Shown here: positions 16,901 through 27,191 of the stretch, in pieces
Layout of the letters: each line of letters begins with the position of its first letter
Numbering within the stretch: the stretch's first letter is position 1
From: a virus
IMG/VR virus record: IMGVR_UViG_3300040751_002066
Span: 4,930 to 68,929 of that record
Length of the DNA stretch: 64,000 bases
Strand: one strand, 5' to 3'
Made by a program: the position numbers and the translations under genes
Notes under the pieces: model-generated
The model's database searches: none
Told to the model about the DNA's origin: nothing
What the model saw: the letters and a program-made list of their open reading frames with translations, nothing else

Positions 16901-19900
16901 CTCCGGCCCACCGCGCCAAAAAGTTTGAGTTGCGGGACCAGCGCCGCCGCCAACGCGAAGCCCTCGCAAACGGAGATCCCGTCGGCAAGGAGCTCAAGTG
17001 GAGACAGTTCCCTCTTGAACGTATCGCCGAGATCCTCCAGCAAGGTACCCGCGGCGAAGTGTATGACCCTTCCACCAATCGGATGGTCTCCCCTACTGAA
17101 GACCCAGCCCTTGCGGTCGACATTATCCAGCGGGCCGCAGCCGAGAAGGAGAAGTTTGACAATGCGTCTCGCGCCAAACAGCGCCGAGGAACACCCCTCA
17201 CCGAGGCGGAAAAGATTTCCCTCGCCACACAGGACCCCCTCGAGGCCTATGAAAAGATCCTCACGAAGTTCGGCGGTCCCGTCGCCACCCCTCCCGGAAA
17301 TAAAGGACCGGGCCCCGGCAACTCCAAGATCCACAACCAGCTTGCCCAGACTGAGGAACTCCTCGCACGGCTCGGTGCGCAGGAGAAAGCCAACCCATCC
17401 TTGCGTAATTCTCCGTCTCACCGAATTAAGAAGTTCGAGCTACGGGACCAGCGCCGCCGCCAACGCGAAGCCCTCGCAAACGGAGGTCCTGTCAGCAAGG
17501 ATATCAAGTGGAGGCACCACCCTCTTGAACGCATCGCCGAGCTCATCCGCACCAACAGTGTCGACGAGGTGTTCGACCCCGCCAGCAACCAGACCTTCAT
17601 CCCTGCTAAAGACCCGGCCCGTGCGGTCGACATTATCCAGCGGGCCGCAGCCGAGAAGGAGAAGTTTGACAATGCGTCTCGCGCCAAACAGCGCCGAGGA
17701 ACACCCCTCACCGAGGCGGAAAAGATTTCCCTCGCCACACAGGACCCCCTCGAAGCGTACCAAGACATCCTCACGAAGTTCGGCGGTCCCGTCGCCACCC
17801 CTCCCGGAAATAAAGGACCGGGCCCCGGCAACTCCAAGATCCACAACCAGCTTGCCCAGACCGAGGAGCTCCTCGCACGGCTCGGTGCGCAGGAGAAAGC
17901 CAACCCATCCTTGCGTAATTCTCCGGCCCACCGGATTCAGAAGTTTGAGCTACGGGACCAGCGACGCCGCCAACGCGAAGCCCTCGCAAACGGAGGTCCT
18001 GTCCGCAATGAGATCAAATGGAGGCACCACCCTCTTGAACGCATCGCCGAGCTCATCCGCACCGACAGTGTCGACGAGGTGTTCGACCCCGCCAGCAACC
18101 AGACCTTCATCCCTACCATCGACCCCGAGCTCGCGGTCGAGACCATCAAGCGTGCCTCCGCGGAGAAGGCGAAGTTTGACAATGCGTCCCGCGCCAAACA
18201 GCGCCGTGGCACCACACTCACCGAGGCGGAGAAGGTTTCCCTCGTGACTCAGGACCCCCTCGAAGCGTACCAAGACATCCTTGAGAAGGTGGAGGATGTG
18301 ATTGAGGAACTCGCGTTCGATCCCTCCGACGAATCCGATTCACCCAATCCAGATGTAGCCTCAAGGGCACGCGCCCTCCGGGTAGCCAAGGCCGCCGCCC
18401 AGCGTGCCGAGGCTGAAGCCGAGATTGATGCTATCCCCGAGGACGCGCCCGGCGTAGCCGAGGCGGTGCAGAAATTTGCGGAAGCTGCGTCCGAAGTGCC
18501 GGAGGCCCAGCCTCGTTCGTCTCAGATCACTGCCGAAGGTAGTGACACTATCGTGGTGGTTACTGAGTCGGAGGCCACCGTGTACGAGGGTGACGAAGAA
18601 GTATCTACCGAACCCGTCTCTTCATTTGAAGAAGCGGTTGCCATCGCCAATGAGGTGTTCATAAAAGAGGGAGTCGAGCCTGAAGACATTTCCCAAACGG
18701 AACCTATTGAGGAGGCCCAACCGGTTGACCCCAACGAAGGTATTGAAGAGGCTCTTTCCGAGGCCGCCGACGCCGAGACTGAAGAGGCCGCCGCCGAGTA
18801 CATTGCTGCGGAGCTTGAAGCTATTCAAACGGGCAAGTCCACCACCGAGGTACTGGAGGAGAAAGAGGAGGAGGTACGTAAGGAGTTTAAGGTAATCGCA
18901 GACGTCGCACCTCTGCTGAGTTCCCATCCCGGAGCCGGGTGGACCGCGGTGTGGGTGAACAAACCAGTAGCCATCAAAGGCTACGACCCCGCGAAGCACG
19001 TCGCAAAGTCTGAGAATGGGGAAGTAGTGGTACGCCTACGCAAGGGCAACAAGCGTAAGCTTAAGAAAGAAGTGGTGCCTTTGTTCGGGCCCGAAACTAC
19101 TCTGTACGACGACAATGGTTCGCCTCAATTCCTCACCACTGAGGACGAGACTTTGTTCTACGATCTCGTGGAGCGTGGAGTAAGTGAGATCTCAGACAAG
19201 AGCTTCAGAAAAGAGGGCCCCTATGACCTGTCCTCCAAGAGTTCATACTACATGAACCCCTTCCTTGCTACCCTTAGGGCAGAGGTTGAGGCGCGGTACG
19301 AAGTGCCAGAGCTTCCGGAGAATACTATCCTTTCCGCTACCCCACCCAGCCCCGAGGAGACGAAGCGTTCAGTCACCGAGACCTACGTCATTCTTCTGGA
19401 GAATGGACAAGATGTTGGTGCCCTTACTGACACTCTTATCTCCAGACGGGAGTCCCTCCACGAGTCCCTGCTCGACCCCGAGACAGGCAAGCGCCGCACC
19501 AAGAAGAGCCGGGACATCGCCGCACTGGAGAGGGCAAATGACCAGCTCCATAAAGCCCAAGCCGAACTTGCGGAGACCGAGTCCATCGAACCAGACGAGG
19601 TATCTGAGTACTACTCCCTCTTACAAAAGGTGGCAAACGCAGAAGCCCGTTACAACTTTGAAGTGGAGCAGGCGCGGGAAGCCCAGCAGGCACGGGACGA
19701 GAAAGCGGAACCCCTACCCTACGGTGCGCGGGCGCGTGTCGAGGACCAAGCGACGGCCCCCGAGGTACGGCGTGGTTTCAAGGCGGCAGAGAAGCGGTTC
19801 AAGAAAGCGACACAAGAAGCGGACCGGGCCTATGCTTTGTGGCAAGGTTTGCGTACCGACCTCGCGAAGTTAAAGGATCCCCGAACTCTTCCGGAGCGTA

Positions 19901-22900
19901 CCGCTCTCCAGTCTAAAGTGGATGATGCCCAACAGAAGCTGGCCGACGTGAAGCGGGGTATCCGAAGCGGAGATTTCCGTGAGGCCACCATCGTTCAGCG
20001 TATCAAGGACATTGACCAAGCTCTGAGCAAAGCTATCGCCACCAAGACACGGGGCGTGGAGTATGATAAAGATGGGAAGCCGGTCAACACCCGGAACCAG
20101 AAGGTGGTAGAGATTGATCGTAGGTCCAAGCCCATTTCCAGTGGGCGTGCAAACCGCATAGACACAGCCAAAAAGGACCACCAGCGTGCCGTGAAGGCGG
20201 CCCTCAAACGAGGCAAGTCAACGTCCGGGGGAGTAACCCAGAACCTACAATTCCCCGTAGTAGTCGACACCACTGTGGCGAAGGACGGTACCATCCGGCG
20301 TGTCCAGTACATCCCCTTTACCAATACCCCCCTCGTCATGGCGGAGGCGTTGAACCTCGGGTACGAGGTCAAGGTCCCCAAAGAGTTCCGGGGAAACTCC
20401 GCGAAGCTCAACCCATCCATTCGGGTAAGTCGAGACGGGTATGTCGCCGAAGTGTTCCACCCCAAAGAGAATAGGTGGGTGAAGTCCCCCGGTGATCTCG
20501 TTGTGTACTCCCGTGACTCAGCCTTCACACCATCCTCCGTCAAGGATGGGGTACGGGCCAAGTATGTGAGTGCCCTCCCTCCCGTCCGGGCACAAGATGT
20601 CCCCCTACTGGGGGCCACACCCCTCGGTATTGAGGGGGACAGCGTCGCCACCATCCGGGACCGGGAGAATCCGGAACTCAGTGGTGCAGACGGAGAGTAC
20701 ATCCTCGGAGCTTTGGACTTCTTTGATGGGATCTCCGGAGGCAACCGTCGCCGGGTAGACACCGACGCGTTTACCAAAGCGTCCCGCAAGATCAATCGGT
20801 TCTTCCGCAAGGAGGTGGGACCGTTGTCCCGTCAGCGTTACCTCTTGGAAGAGGCACTATCCCTTCAGCCCAAGATCGGTACCGTCACCATCCCACCCGC
20901 GCTCCTTCCGGCCAACCTCGAGACCGGAGAGAAGCCCACAGTGGGTGCCGAAGTATCGGAAGAGAAGATCAACTCCCTGATCGCGGAAGCGGAAGGGCGG
21001 GTTGAGAATGGTACCGCAGATGACCGGGTCAGGGGCGTACTCGAGAGCCTTCGCTTGGTTAGGCGCGAGTTCCTTGAGTCCAAGGAGTCTTTCGAAGAGG
21101 CCCAGAAAAGTGAGAAGCTCACAGAGGACCAACTCGCCGAGTTACTTGAAGATGTTCCTTCAGACTCGGAGGAGCACTCGCGTATCGCCCTACGTATTTC
21201 CCGGGGGGTAGACCCCAAGACCCTGCGGGACGCCATCGAACAGCGCAAGGCTGCTGTTGAAGAAGCCCGAGCCAAGGCACGGGAAGCGGTGGCGCGAGCT
21301 AAAGAAAAGTTTGGAGAACCCTCCGAGGATGCGGGCCGCACCTACATCCGACAGGGTGGGTCGGTCACTGACCTCCTACAAGTGGTGGACAAAGCAAACG
21401 GGGAACACTCGGATGCCCGGGCTGCCGCCCAGCTTATCTACACTCAGGAGATCCGAGAGTTCGGAGTGGCCCTCCGCCTTCTTGAGGCCAACGAGAGGGG
21501 GAAGGTCCCATCCGTGTGGTTCAAGAAATTTCTCAAGTCCCTCGCACCCGAAGCCCGCAAGGATTATCTCAAGTACATCCGGTCACGCCACAAGTCCAAG
21601 GTGTCCCGGAAGATGACCGCCGACGAGGCCGTGAGCTTCCTTGCGGAGGCCGGCGTAGGGGAGGACCTTGACACCCTCTCATCCGCCCTACTGAAGTGGG
21701 ACCAAGGTAAGAAGCGTCCCGACCGAATCACTACCAAGCAGCTCAAGGGCTTCCTTACTCGCCTCAAGAGTCCGGAGCTAGTAGCCAAGCTCGATGCCCA
21801 CTTGGACGCGGAGGCTAAGGCCAACGTGAACGATGACTTCTTCATCAGCAACTACGTGACTGAGCTCCTCGACCGGATCGCACCGGACGGGGGGACCTCC
21901 CCGTGGGTGACTACGCCCGGAGGAGTGGCCCGACCACAGTCATTTAACAAAGTCCTCCGGTCTGTTCGCAAGAACTACCTCGACTCTTTGGCCAACACCA
22001 AGTCTCTGGAGTTCACGTCCATTGACGCGTCTCCGGAAGGCGGCGGAGAATCGGGCGGTTCCTCCGGCGTACTCGCCGCGGAACTCAGCGCCGCTTGGGG
22101 ACTCAACCCCGAGGCAGGTAACCTGAACCTAAGTGAGGACCCCGAAGCCGAAGCCGAGGTAGCCAGTATGCGTCGCGCCGAGTCGGAGCTCACCACCACT
22201 GAGTTCTATGTTCAGCTCGCCCGCCGGGTCCGCAACTCTTCGGCGGCACAAGCTGCCGTTCGCGACCTCGCCGAGGAACTGGGTGCGATAGAGCGTCCCG
22301 ACATCCAGCCGATTGAGTCGGTGTTGATGGCGACCCACGAGATGCTCTTCCGGGACCCGAACATCGTAACGTCCCTCGACCCCGAACTCCGCACCATCGT
22401 GCAACGTCTGTATCGTTCCGGCCTCGGGTCCGGCATGGACTTTGGAACCGCCGAGGACATTCAGGAGACCATTGATTCCAACAAGGCATGGTACTCGTTC
22501 CGCATCCGCAAGGCAGGTTTCCAAACGGAGGGTGTGACGCACGTCCCATCTCTGGATCGCAATGATGTCCGTTGGCTCACCGAATCATACATCAGCGGCA
22601 AGGGCGTACTCACCCCCGCTCAGAAGCAGGTGTTTGACAAGGTCGCGGGCACCCTCAACGCGTTCAACGACTGGCCAACCCTGTCCTTCTTTGACCATCC
22701 CAACTCTGCGTACGCCCGATACACCGGAGCATACTCCCCGGATTCAAAGGGGTTGTACATCAACCTGTCCCGGGACGACGCCGCCTCCCCAGACACGTTG
22801 CTCCGTGGCCTGATCCAGCATGCCCTCTCCATTGTGGAGCCCGGCGGGCCTGCCGATGCTGCTATCCGTGACGTGGCTGGCGACATCATCAAGAGTTACC

Positions 22901-25900
22901 CCAACAAGAAACATCTCGCCACCAAGGACCTGACTCCCGACGCACCACACAACCCTTCAGTGTTGCGCTTCGCAATGAATGACCCGGTCGTGTTCAACCA
23001 CCTCAACCGACGCAACCCTTCGTTCATCCGTAAGGTTGTGGACGCCGTGGCTAAGGCCATTGGCTTGACCAGCAACGTCGGGCGCGGGCGACTCAGCTCC
23101 ATCGTGAGCCCTGCACCCGGAACCGTGTGGGGAGGAGAACCTAAGGAGACTCGAGCCGCGTACCGTCCGGAGGATGTTACTTCCGAGAGCGCACTCAGTA
23201 TCCTGAACCGTGTGTCTCCTGCCGGAGTCCGGATCCATTCATCCGAGGACCACAACCAACCCGCTTGGGTGTCGACTACGTCCCCCGACACGGTGTTCGT
23301 GAACGCCAAAGTTGTGGAGGAGTACACGTCTCACCTCAGCCCCGAGGGTAAGGAGCAAGTAGTGTCGGCCCTGCTCAACCACGAGCTCGCCCACCTTGCG
23401 TCCCTCCAGACCCTGACCGACGCCGACCGTGCCGAGATCTTGGCGGGCATGACCCGACGGGACTTCGAGGAAACACTCAGCCGCGTGCCCGAGGGCACCG
23501 GACACTTGGAGCTCGCCGAGGAATTCATCCGCATGAAGGTGGAGCAGATCACCGGGGGAGTCGACTCAGACGTCACGGTGCAATCGATCCTGAACTATGG
23601 CACAGGGTTCCGGGCTCAGGTGGTACGCGCCATTCAAAAGTTCTTTGCGCAACTGTCACGTATGTTCAAGGCTCGTCCGAATACCCGGACGGCGGTACAC
23701 TTGAACAAGGTGCGGGACGCACTCGCCAGTATCCAACGCGGCGGCATGCCTCTTCGCCCCGTCCCTACCGAGGACGTGGATGGGCACTGGACCGCACTCA
23801 ATGAACTGGCCGAAGGAACCGAACGCACCTTCTTCTCTGTTCCCCTTCACTCCACCGACCCGGCCCACGAAAGTAAGTGGGCGAGGTGGCGCAAGCAACG
23901 GGCGATCAAGCGGGAAGTCCGGGAAGTGGAGAACCACATCAACTACAACCGTAACGTATATGACGCCATCATTAAGGACTTCCACCGCAAGGTTCGGAAC
24001 GCCGGTAAGGATCGGGGGGTAGACGTCCGCGGGCTTGTACCCACTCTCAACGCGGCAATGGGTTCCACCGACGCATACTTCACTGAGCAGCAGGAGGAAG
24101 TGCTACGCGTAGCCAAGGAGCGGGACGCCGCCAATGGTATGTCCCCGGAGGAAGTCCTCGCCGCGGACACGGAGCGCCGCCGCGTTGCGCAGCGGACCCA
24201 CGTTCAGAACAAGACCCAGCAACAGGAGGCCGCGATGGCCCGGATCAAGCAGATTGATCCCGAGCTGGCGAACCACGTCAAACACTTCCGGGACCTCCTC
24301 GCGAAAGACTCACGTGCCGTGGGGTCCATTCATGGAGACGGCGCATTCAAGGCTATCTTCGACGACCGGGCACACATCCACTTGATTCGCTCCTATGAGT
24401 TCTTCCACTCCAAGGCCTACCGGGACGCCGTCCTAGCAGGCAGCACCGGCGGGGTCAAGGGCTACGAGGATGTCAACTTCAATGACCTCCGTACCCTTGC
24501 GATCAAGAGCATCAAGGAGACGCACCACGCTAGGTACGGAACTACTATTGATGGCAAGAAGGCCTACAAAATCCTTGACGGTCTTCTCTCCGAGTGGGCC
24601 CAGCTCCGTCCGGACCAGATCAAACTAAACGCGTTGACTAAGTCACACGCCTTGTTTGAATCCAAGGAGGCCCTACCTGAAGGGGTCCGTAACCTACTCG
24701 GGCAACACTCCGAACTGGACAGTGCGGCCACCACAGCGGTGCGTCTCAGCAACTACCTCGCGAAGCACGAGGGGGCCAAGACGGTACGCAAGTTGTTGCT
24801 CTCCAATAAGTGGGCCTTTGAAGACCCACGTGCCGGGGGTGCTACCCAGCTTGTACCTCTCTGGAATTCCCTCCAAAACGACGCGGACTATGCGGCGTTA
24901 CACGGACTATGGGCGCCGGCCGAGGACAAGGCCCTCATTGAAGAGACCCTCACCTCCGTTCTCCCACCAACAGCGGGACCGGAGGTAGATGCCGTAGCCA
25001 AGAAAACCGCGAACCTCGTTCGTCGAGGGTTCGGTGCCTCCCTTACTTTGAAGACCCTGTTCTCTCCCGGCTTCTTCACACGTAACGAAGGCGCGATGAG
25101 TCTGGTTATGCTACCCATGCAGGGGTACTTCAGCGGGGCCTTGGGTTTATTTGGCGCGTCGAATAAAGGACGCCGGGCCGCCGGTCTGGCATGGAGCGGG
25201 CTGGGTGCTCGTGAGTTCGACCCCGGTGACGAAGCCTACATTCGGGAACTACTTAAGCACGGCATCATTCATGACGACGTGAACGCCGGCCTCTTGCGGG
25301 ACATCCACGGGAGCACCGTCTCCCTTGGGCAGGACATTGACAAGGACCTGAACGACTTTGCCGAGACTGGCAAACCCAAAGGCTGGATCAAGAAGTCCAT
25401 CGAGAGGTGGGGCAAAGCCAATGGGCTGAAGGCCGCAGCAATCGACGCCCTCCTCACTGGTAAGGGAGGCGCCGATAACTTGACGGCGTTCCTGTCCAAG
25501 ATTAACGAGGCCATCGATGCCAAGGGAAAGATTCAACTTTATGAGTACGAGTTGTCGGTGCTTAAGAAAGCCCGGGACGAAGCAGACGGAGCGTTCAGCG
25601 CACTCACTGATGAGGAACTGAAAGCCAAGGCCGCGGCCAAGATCCACCGAACGCTACCCGGGCACTCGCAGGTGTATAACTCCGTGCGATCCTTGACCCG
25701 GTCCAACCTTGGCCTGCTTATCGCACCCTTCGCACGATTCAAGGGAGAGACGGTGAGGATCTTCGCCAACACCATACCACTCGGGTTGGAGGAAATCCGG
25801 GAGGGACGTGAGATAGGGAGCGCCGCGCTGAAAAGACGGGGCCTCAAACGTGTCGCATCCTTTGGTCTGGTCAACCTTGCGTTCGGCACCGCCTTCACCT

Positions 25901-26913
25901 CCCTTATCTCCATGTTGTTTGATGGTATCGACGATGCCGAGGATAGGGAAGAAAGCTTCGTACCTCTTCGGGGGGAGATCGGGCGGGCCATCCGCTCGTC
26001 GCTTCCCAAGTGGTCACGTAGCCACAACATTATGGCGAGAGCCAATGAGGATGGCACGATCACCACGTATGACCTGACCTACTACAACCCTCTGTCCTTT
26101 GTGCAAGATCCGCTCCTCGTTATGTGGGACCGGACCGCCACGGATGGGGCCGACGCCGGCGCCACCGCGTTCTTAGACGCCCTTGTGAATGATGTTATCG
26201 GCGAGGGTATCGGACCCGGAGCCCTGCGCCAAGTGCTGACGAACTCGGATGACTACGGGCGGGACATCTTCCTCGAGACAGATGACCTCGGAACCAAGGT
26301 TACCAAGGCGTTGACCCACTACTACGAGGGGGCCCTCGAGCCCGGAGCTTTCCGGTTGGCTGAGAAGTTGACCGACGCCAGCAGCAGGGAGGATGCCGTG
26401 GATGGGGACCGGGTGTACAACGTGACACCTATCCTAGTGGGCGAGGTGGTTGGTGTGAAACCATACGAGTATAAGAACTCGAAACTAATCGAGCGTTCTG
26501 CGAAATCCACCAAGCGCCAGCTTGACGAGATCAAGACACTCCTGAGCCCGGTCACCTCTCCGGGGTACAAGACCAAGGAGGAGATTCAGGAAGCAGTGCG
26601 CGGGTATCAGGAAGCCTACGAGCAGCTTTGGAAACAACACCGCCGCAACGCCGCCGCATGGGTGGGACTCACGGGAGACGAAAAAGCCCGGGAACTCTAC
26701 GCACGCAGCATGGTTGATGCCGGACACAGCAAGGCTCGGACCAGACAGGTCCTCTATGAGGGGGTGCTGGACCGCTTTGTTAGGAATCGTTCAGGACTCG
26801 AGACCATCTTCGAGGCCGCCGAGAATGAGGGTGCGGAGCATGGCGCGGTCCGGGTCGAGAGATTTGTAGACACGGTCCTTGAGAAGCCACGATTCATTCC
26901 GCTGACCGAGTGA
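13978..26913 (+). CDS. Giant (4311 aa) polyvalent-type internal virion/ejection protein
   Basis: Uninterrupted ORF; N-terminal Ala/Gly-rich helical region with EALEE motif, three 170-aa repeats, zincin-like LNHELAHL (23380-23394), C-terminus reminiscent of LPD38-type domains. Confidence 0.8.
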   Translation: MALSTTTPFDQWVDSEEAQGLEGIDKIKAYGDHYRTTQFAAGSYNPQQAQLVDRQLFDLARNSGFVEGEEEEAYAQFVAPTPKEPTNQDLAQVVEHQYGVEGKGLTPVRDYLSLRNISGADEDLVAERAEAAAEYLTPEKIDEAKRFAAQRGDIPLHASPVEGGLDIEVSPFLEEDEITNEMLVDIAKSQGIDSRYLPQIKDLISKPAGLNVSKARAVRNMEIRSVVASSDDEAITQVRDRVLSLVKDGDLAYARNVAQDAARSGALSRQYSSNDVVDAVMDYAKVATQKDQPSILSTGEVMMPHALLTRGEDHDALVDSLDISDEQKALTKESRSIRLAQMAPHMHKVATAAAGSEYTEFYEQGKASGKSDAAIIEEWFSDDDNFSGSRQMLEGAGTGFLRGFGGLVLYPLALAGNETARKDLARLQEDESHRQEYASLFGEEFGIGYSIVTTAPEVAADILLSIPTGGAAGVASAGTRWTMKQGAKVVLRDALSTSARATTAAAIKKGAPGSITAALELSGRSFTQKLGTLAQTTLATAPTAYSRSAGATYASTYSALEAKHPEWSAEKIRTAALGHANITGMLTVGIMSAFSGLALASPKYFGAGVEEWATSLGDGLTVRQARAAYQKLALKTNKIPAAAKHYLNMESFEGFVSSIAKEGMRKSFGKNLVRQGSSEALEEGLDEFINGWRTSAFLDEDKSILDHLRSAAHAAIVGGVFGTTAAVKEGGFTSKVSDTAQAQFERDSFVTIADGLERSGDVQSAAVLRGLVARSRRQKNEVTKQLETLGRFAQRQEVKVGAEVSPYENLVSVDPTLPRVLQDELTYAEQYIDSFKGRNLAELSTQERVNLAAAKIYRSKISDVHAKAATEAEAGVEPLTDPDETRTNIAALEEEITRLSASPSQASRVAELTTQKEALEARLAPEPSTPTPVPLPGDRGPGPVNSKIHNQLAQTEELLARLRVQEKANPALRNSPAHRAKKFELRDQRRRQREALANGDPVGKELKWRQFPLERIAEILQQGTRGEVYDPSTNRMVSPTEDPALAVDIIQRAAAEKEKFDNASRAKQRRGTPLTEAEKISLATQDPLEAYEKILTKFGGPVATPPGNKGPGPGNSKIHNQLAQTEELLARLGAQEKANPSLRNSPSHRIKKFELRDQRRRQREALANGGPVSKDIKWRHHPLERIAELIRTNSVDEVFDPASNQTFIPAKDPARAVDIIQRAAAEKEKFDNASRAKQRRGTPLTEAEKISLATQDPLEAYQDILTKFGGPVATPPGNKGPGPGNSKIHNQLAQTEELLARLGAQEKANPSLRNSPAHRIQKFELRDQRRRQREALANGGPVRNEIKWRHHPLERIAELIRTDSVDEVFDPASNQTFIPTIDPELAVETIKRASAEKAKFDNASRAKQRRGTTLTEAEKVSLVTQDPLEAYQDILEKVEDVIEELAFDPSDESDSPNPDVASRARALRVAKAAAQRAEAEAEIDAIPEDAPGVAEAVQKFAEAASEVPEAQPRSSQITAEGSDTIVVVTESEATVYEGDEEVSTEPVSSFEEAVAIANEVFIKEGVEPEDISQTEPIEEAQPVDPNEGIEEALSEAADAETEEAAAEYIAAELEAIQTGKSTTEVLEEKEEEVRKEFKVIADVAPLLSSHPGAGWTAVWVNKPVAIKGYDPAKHVAKSENGEVVVRLRKGNKRKLKKEVVPLFGPETTLYDDNGSPQFLTTEDETLFYDLVERGVSEISDKSFRKEGPYDLSSKSSYYMNPFLATLRAEVEARYEVPELPENTILSATPPSPEETKRSVTETYVILLENGQDVGALTDTLISRRESLHESLLDPETGKRRTKKSRDIAALERANDQLHKAQAELAETESIEPDEVSEYYSLLQKVANAEARYNFEVEQAREAQQARDEKAEPLPYGARARVEDQATAPEVRRGFKAAEKRFKKATQEADRAYALWQGLRTDLAKLKDPRTLPERTALQSKVDDAQQKLADVKRGIRSGDFREATIVQRIKDIDQALSKAIATKTRGVEYDKDGKPVNTRNQKVVEIDRRSKPISSGRANRIDTAKKDHQRAVKAALKRGKSTSGGVTQNLQFPVVVDTTVAKDGTIRRVQYIPFTNTPLVMAEALNLGYEVKVPKEFRGNSAKLNPSIRVSRDGYVAEVFHPKENRWVKSPGDLVVYSRDSAFTPSSVKDGVRAKYVSALPPVRAQDVPLLGATPLGIEGDSVATIRDRENPELSGADGEYILGALDFFDGISGGNRRRVDTDAFTKASRKINRFFRKEVGPLSRQRYLLEEALSLQPKIGTVTIPPALLPANLETGEKPTVGAEVSEEKINSLIAEAEGRVENGTADDRVRGVLESLRLVRREFLESKESFEEAQKSEKLTEDQLAELLEDVPSDSEEHSRIALRISRGVDPKTLRDAIEQRKAAVEEARAKAREAVARAKEKFGEPSEDAGRTYIRQGGSVTDLLQVVDKANGEHSDARAAAQLIYTQEIREFGVALRLLEANERGKVPSVWFKKFLKSLAPEARKDYLKYIRSRHKSKVSRKMTADEAVSFLAEAGVGEDLDTLSSALLKWDQGKKRPDRITTKQLKGFLTRLKSPELVAKLDAHLDAEAKANVNDDFFISNYVTELLDRIAPDGGTSPWVTTPGGVARPQSFNKVLRSVRKNYLDSLANTKSLEFTSIDASPEGGGESGGSSGVLAAELSAAWGLNPEAGNLNLSEDPEAEAEVASMRRAESELTTTEFYVQLARRVRNSSAAQAAVRDLAEELGAIERPDIQPIESVLMATHEMLFRDPNIVTSLDPELRTIVQRLYRSGLGSGMDFGTAEDIQETIDSNKAWYSFRIRKAGFQTEGVTHVPSLDRNDVRWLTESYISGKGVLTPAQKQVFDKVAGTLNAFNDWPTLSFFDHPNSAYARYTGAYSPDSKGLYINLSRDDAASPDTLLRGLIQHALSIVEPGGPADAAIRDVAGDIIKSYPNKKHLATKDLTPDAPHNPSVLRFAMNDPVVFNHLNRRNPSFIRKVVDAVAKAIGLTSNVGRGRLSSIVSPAPGTVWGGEPKETRAAYRPEDVTSESALSILNRVSPAGVRIHSSEDHNQPAWVSTTSPDTVFVNAKVVEEYTSHLSPEGKEQVVSALLNHELAHLASLQTLTDADRAEILAGMTRRDFEETLSRVPEGTGHLELAEEFIRMKVEQITGGVDSDVTVQSILNYGTGFRAQVVRAIQKFFAQLSRMFKARPNTRTAVHLNKVRDALASIQRGGMPLRPVPTEDVDGHWTALNELAEGTERTFFSVPLHSTDPAHESKWARWRKQRAIKREVREVENHINYNRNVYDAIIKDFHRKVRNAGKDRGVDVRGLVPTLNAAMGSTDAYFTEQQEEVLRVAKERDAANGMSPEEVLAADTERRRVAQRTHVQNKTQQQEAAMARIKQIDPELANHVKHFRDLLAKDSRAVGSIHGDGAFKAIFDDRAHIHLIRSYEFFHSKAYRDAVLAGSTGGVKGYEDVNFNDLRTLAIKSIKETHHARYGTTIDGKKAYKILDGLLSEWAQLRPDQIKLNALTKSHALFESKEALPEGVRNLLGQHSELDSAATTAVRLSNYLAKHEGAKTVRKLLLSNKWAFEDPRAGGATQLVPLWNSLQNDADYAALHGLWAPAEDKALIEETLTSVLPPTAGPEVDAVAKKTANLVRRGFGASLTLKTLFSPGFFTRNEGAMSLVMLPMQGYFSGALGLFGASNKGRRAAGLAWSGLGAREFDPGDEAYIRELLKHGIIHDDVNAGLLRDIHGSTVSLGQDIDKDLNDFAETGKPKGWIKKSIERWGKANGLKAAAIDALLTGKGGADNLTAFLSKINEAIDAKGKIQLYEYELSVLKKARDEADGAFSALTDEELKAKAAAKIHRTLPGHSQVYNSVRSLTRSNLGLLIAPFARFKGETVRIFANTIPLGLEEIREGREIGSAALKRRGLKRVASFGLVNLAFGTAFTSLISMLFDGIDDAEDREESFVPLRGEIGRAIRSSLPKWSRSHNIMARANEDGTITTYDLTYYNPLSFVQDPLLVMWDRTATDGADAGATAFLDALVNDVIGEGIGPGALRQVLTNSDDYGRDIFLETDDLGTKVTKALTHYYEGALEPGAFRLAEKLTDASSREDAVDGDRVYNVTPILVGEVVGVKPYEYKNSKLIERSAKSTKRQLDEIKTLLSPVTSPGYKTKEEIQEAVRGYQEAYEQLWKQHRRNAAAWVGLTGDEKARELYARSMVDAGHSKARTRQVLYEGVLDRFVRNRSGLETIFEAAENEGAEHGAVRVERFVDTVLEKPRFIPLTE
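16801..18280 (+). repeat. ~510-bp tandem repeat x3 inside the giant gene
   Basis: Units start at 16801, 17311 and 17821 (AACTCCAAGATCCACAACCAGCTTGCCCAGAC...). Confidence 0.95.
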
Positions 26914-26920
26914 TCAGGGC

Positions 26921-26968
26921 ACAAAAAAAGGCCCGACCTGCAATGAAGCAGGCCGGGCCTTGTGGTTT
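26921..26968. terminator. Intrinsic terminator between convergent modules
   Basis: AAGGCCCGACCTGC-6-GCAGGCCGGGCCTT stem with a 7-U tract on the minus strand. Confidence 0.8.
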
Positions 26969-26969
26969 G

Positions 26970-27191
26970 TTAGCTGAGTGGGGTCACCGCCCACTTTTTG
27001 TCCTCGGCAAGTAGCTCGCCGAGATTCTCTTCAATGAACTCTCGCTCATCATCCGAGTTGTGGGTGACGCGCACTCCTCCACCGATGCGTTCGTGCTTCG
27101 GTCGGCACCAGCACTTACCGGAACGGGTGATTGTGTGCCGCCGGGTGTCGTTCTCCGGGTGGACATGCACCACTTGATGGCGACTATCCAT
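26970..27191 (-). CDS. Small His/Cys-rich hypothetical protein
   Basis: HVHP.ND...H.....CWC.P...VTHNS pattern; overlaps the upstream stop. Confidence 0.65.
   Translation of the reverse strand: MDSRHQVVHVHPENDTRRHTITRSGKCWCRPKHERIGGGVRVTHNSDDEREFIEENLGELLAEDKKWAVTPLS

Noticed and set aside
16793-18247. 484-aa alternative-frame ORF over the 510-bp repeats
   Set aside because: Ser/Pro/Arg-rich off-frame product of a GC-rich triplicated sequence, with no expression signals
13978-26913. Virion RNA polymerase (N4- or crAss-like)
   Set aside because: The size fits, but I found no DxDGD or T7-type catalytic motifs by eye; left as an untested possibility
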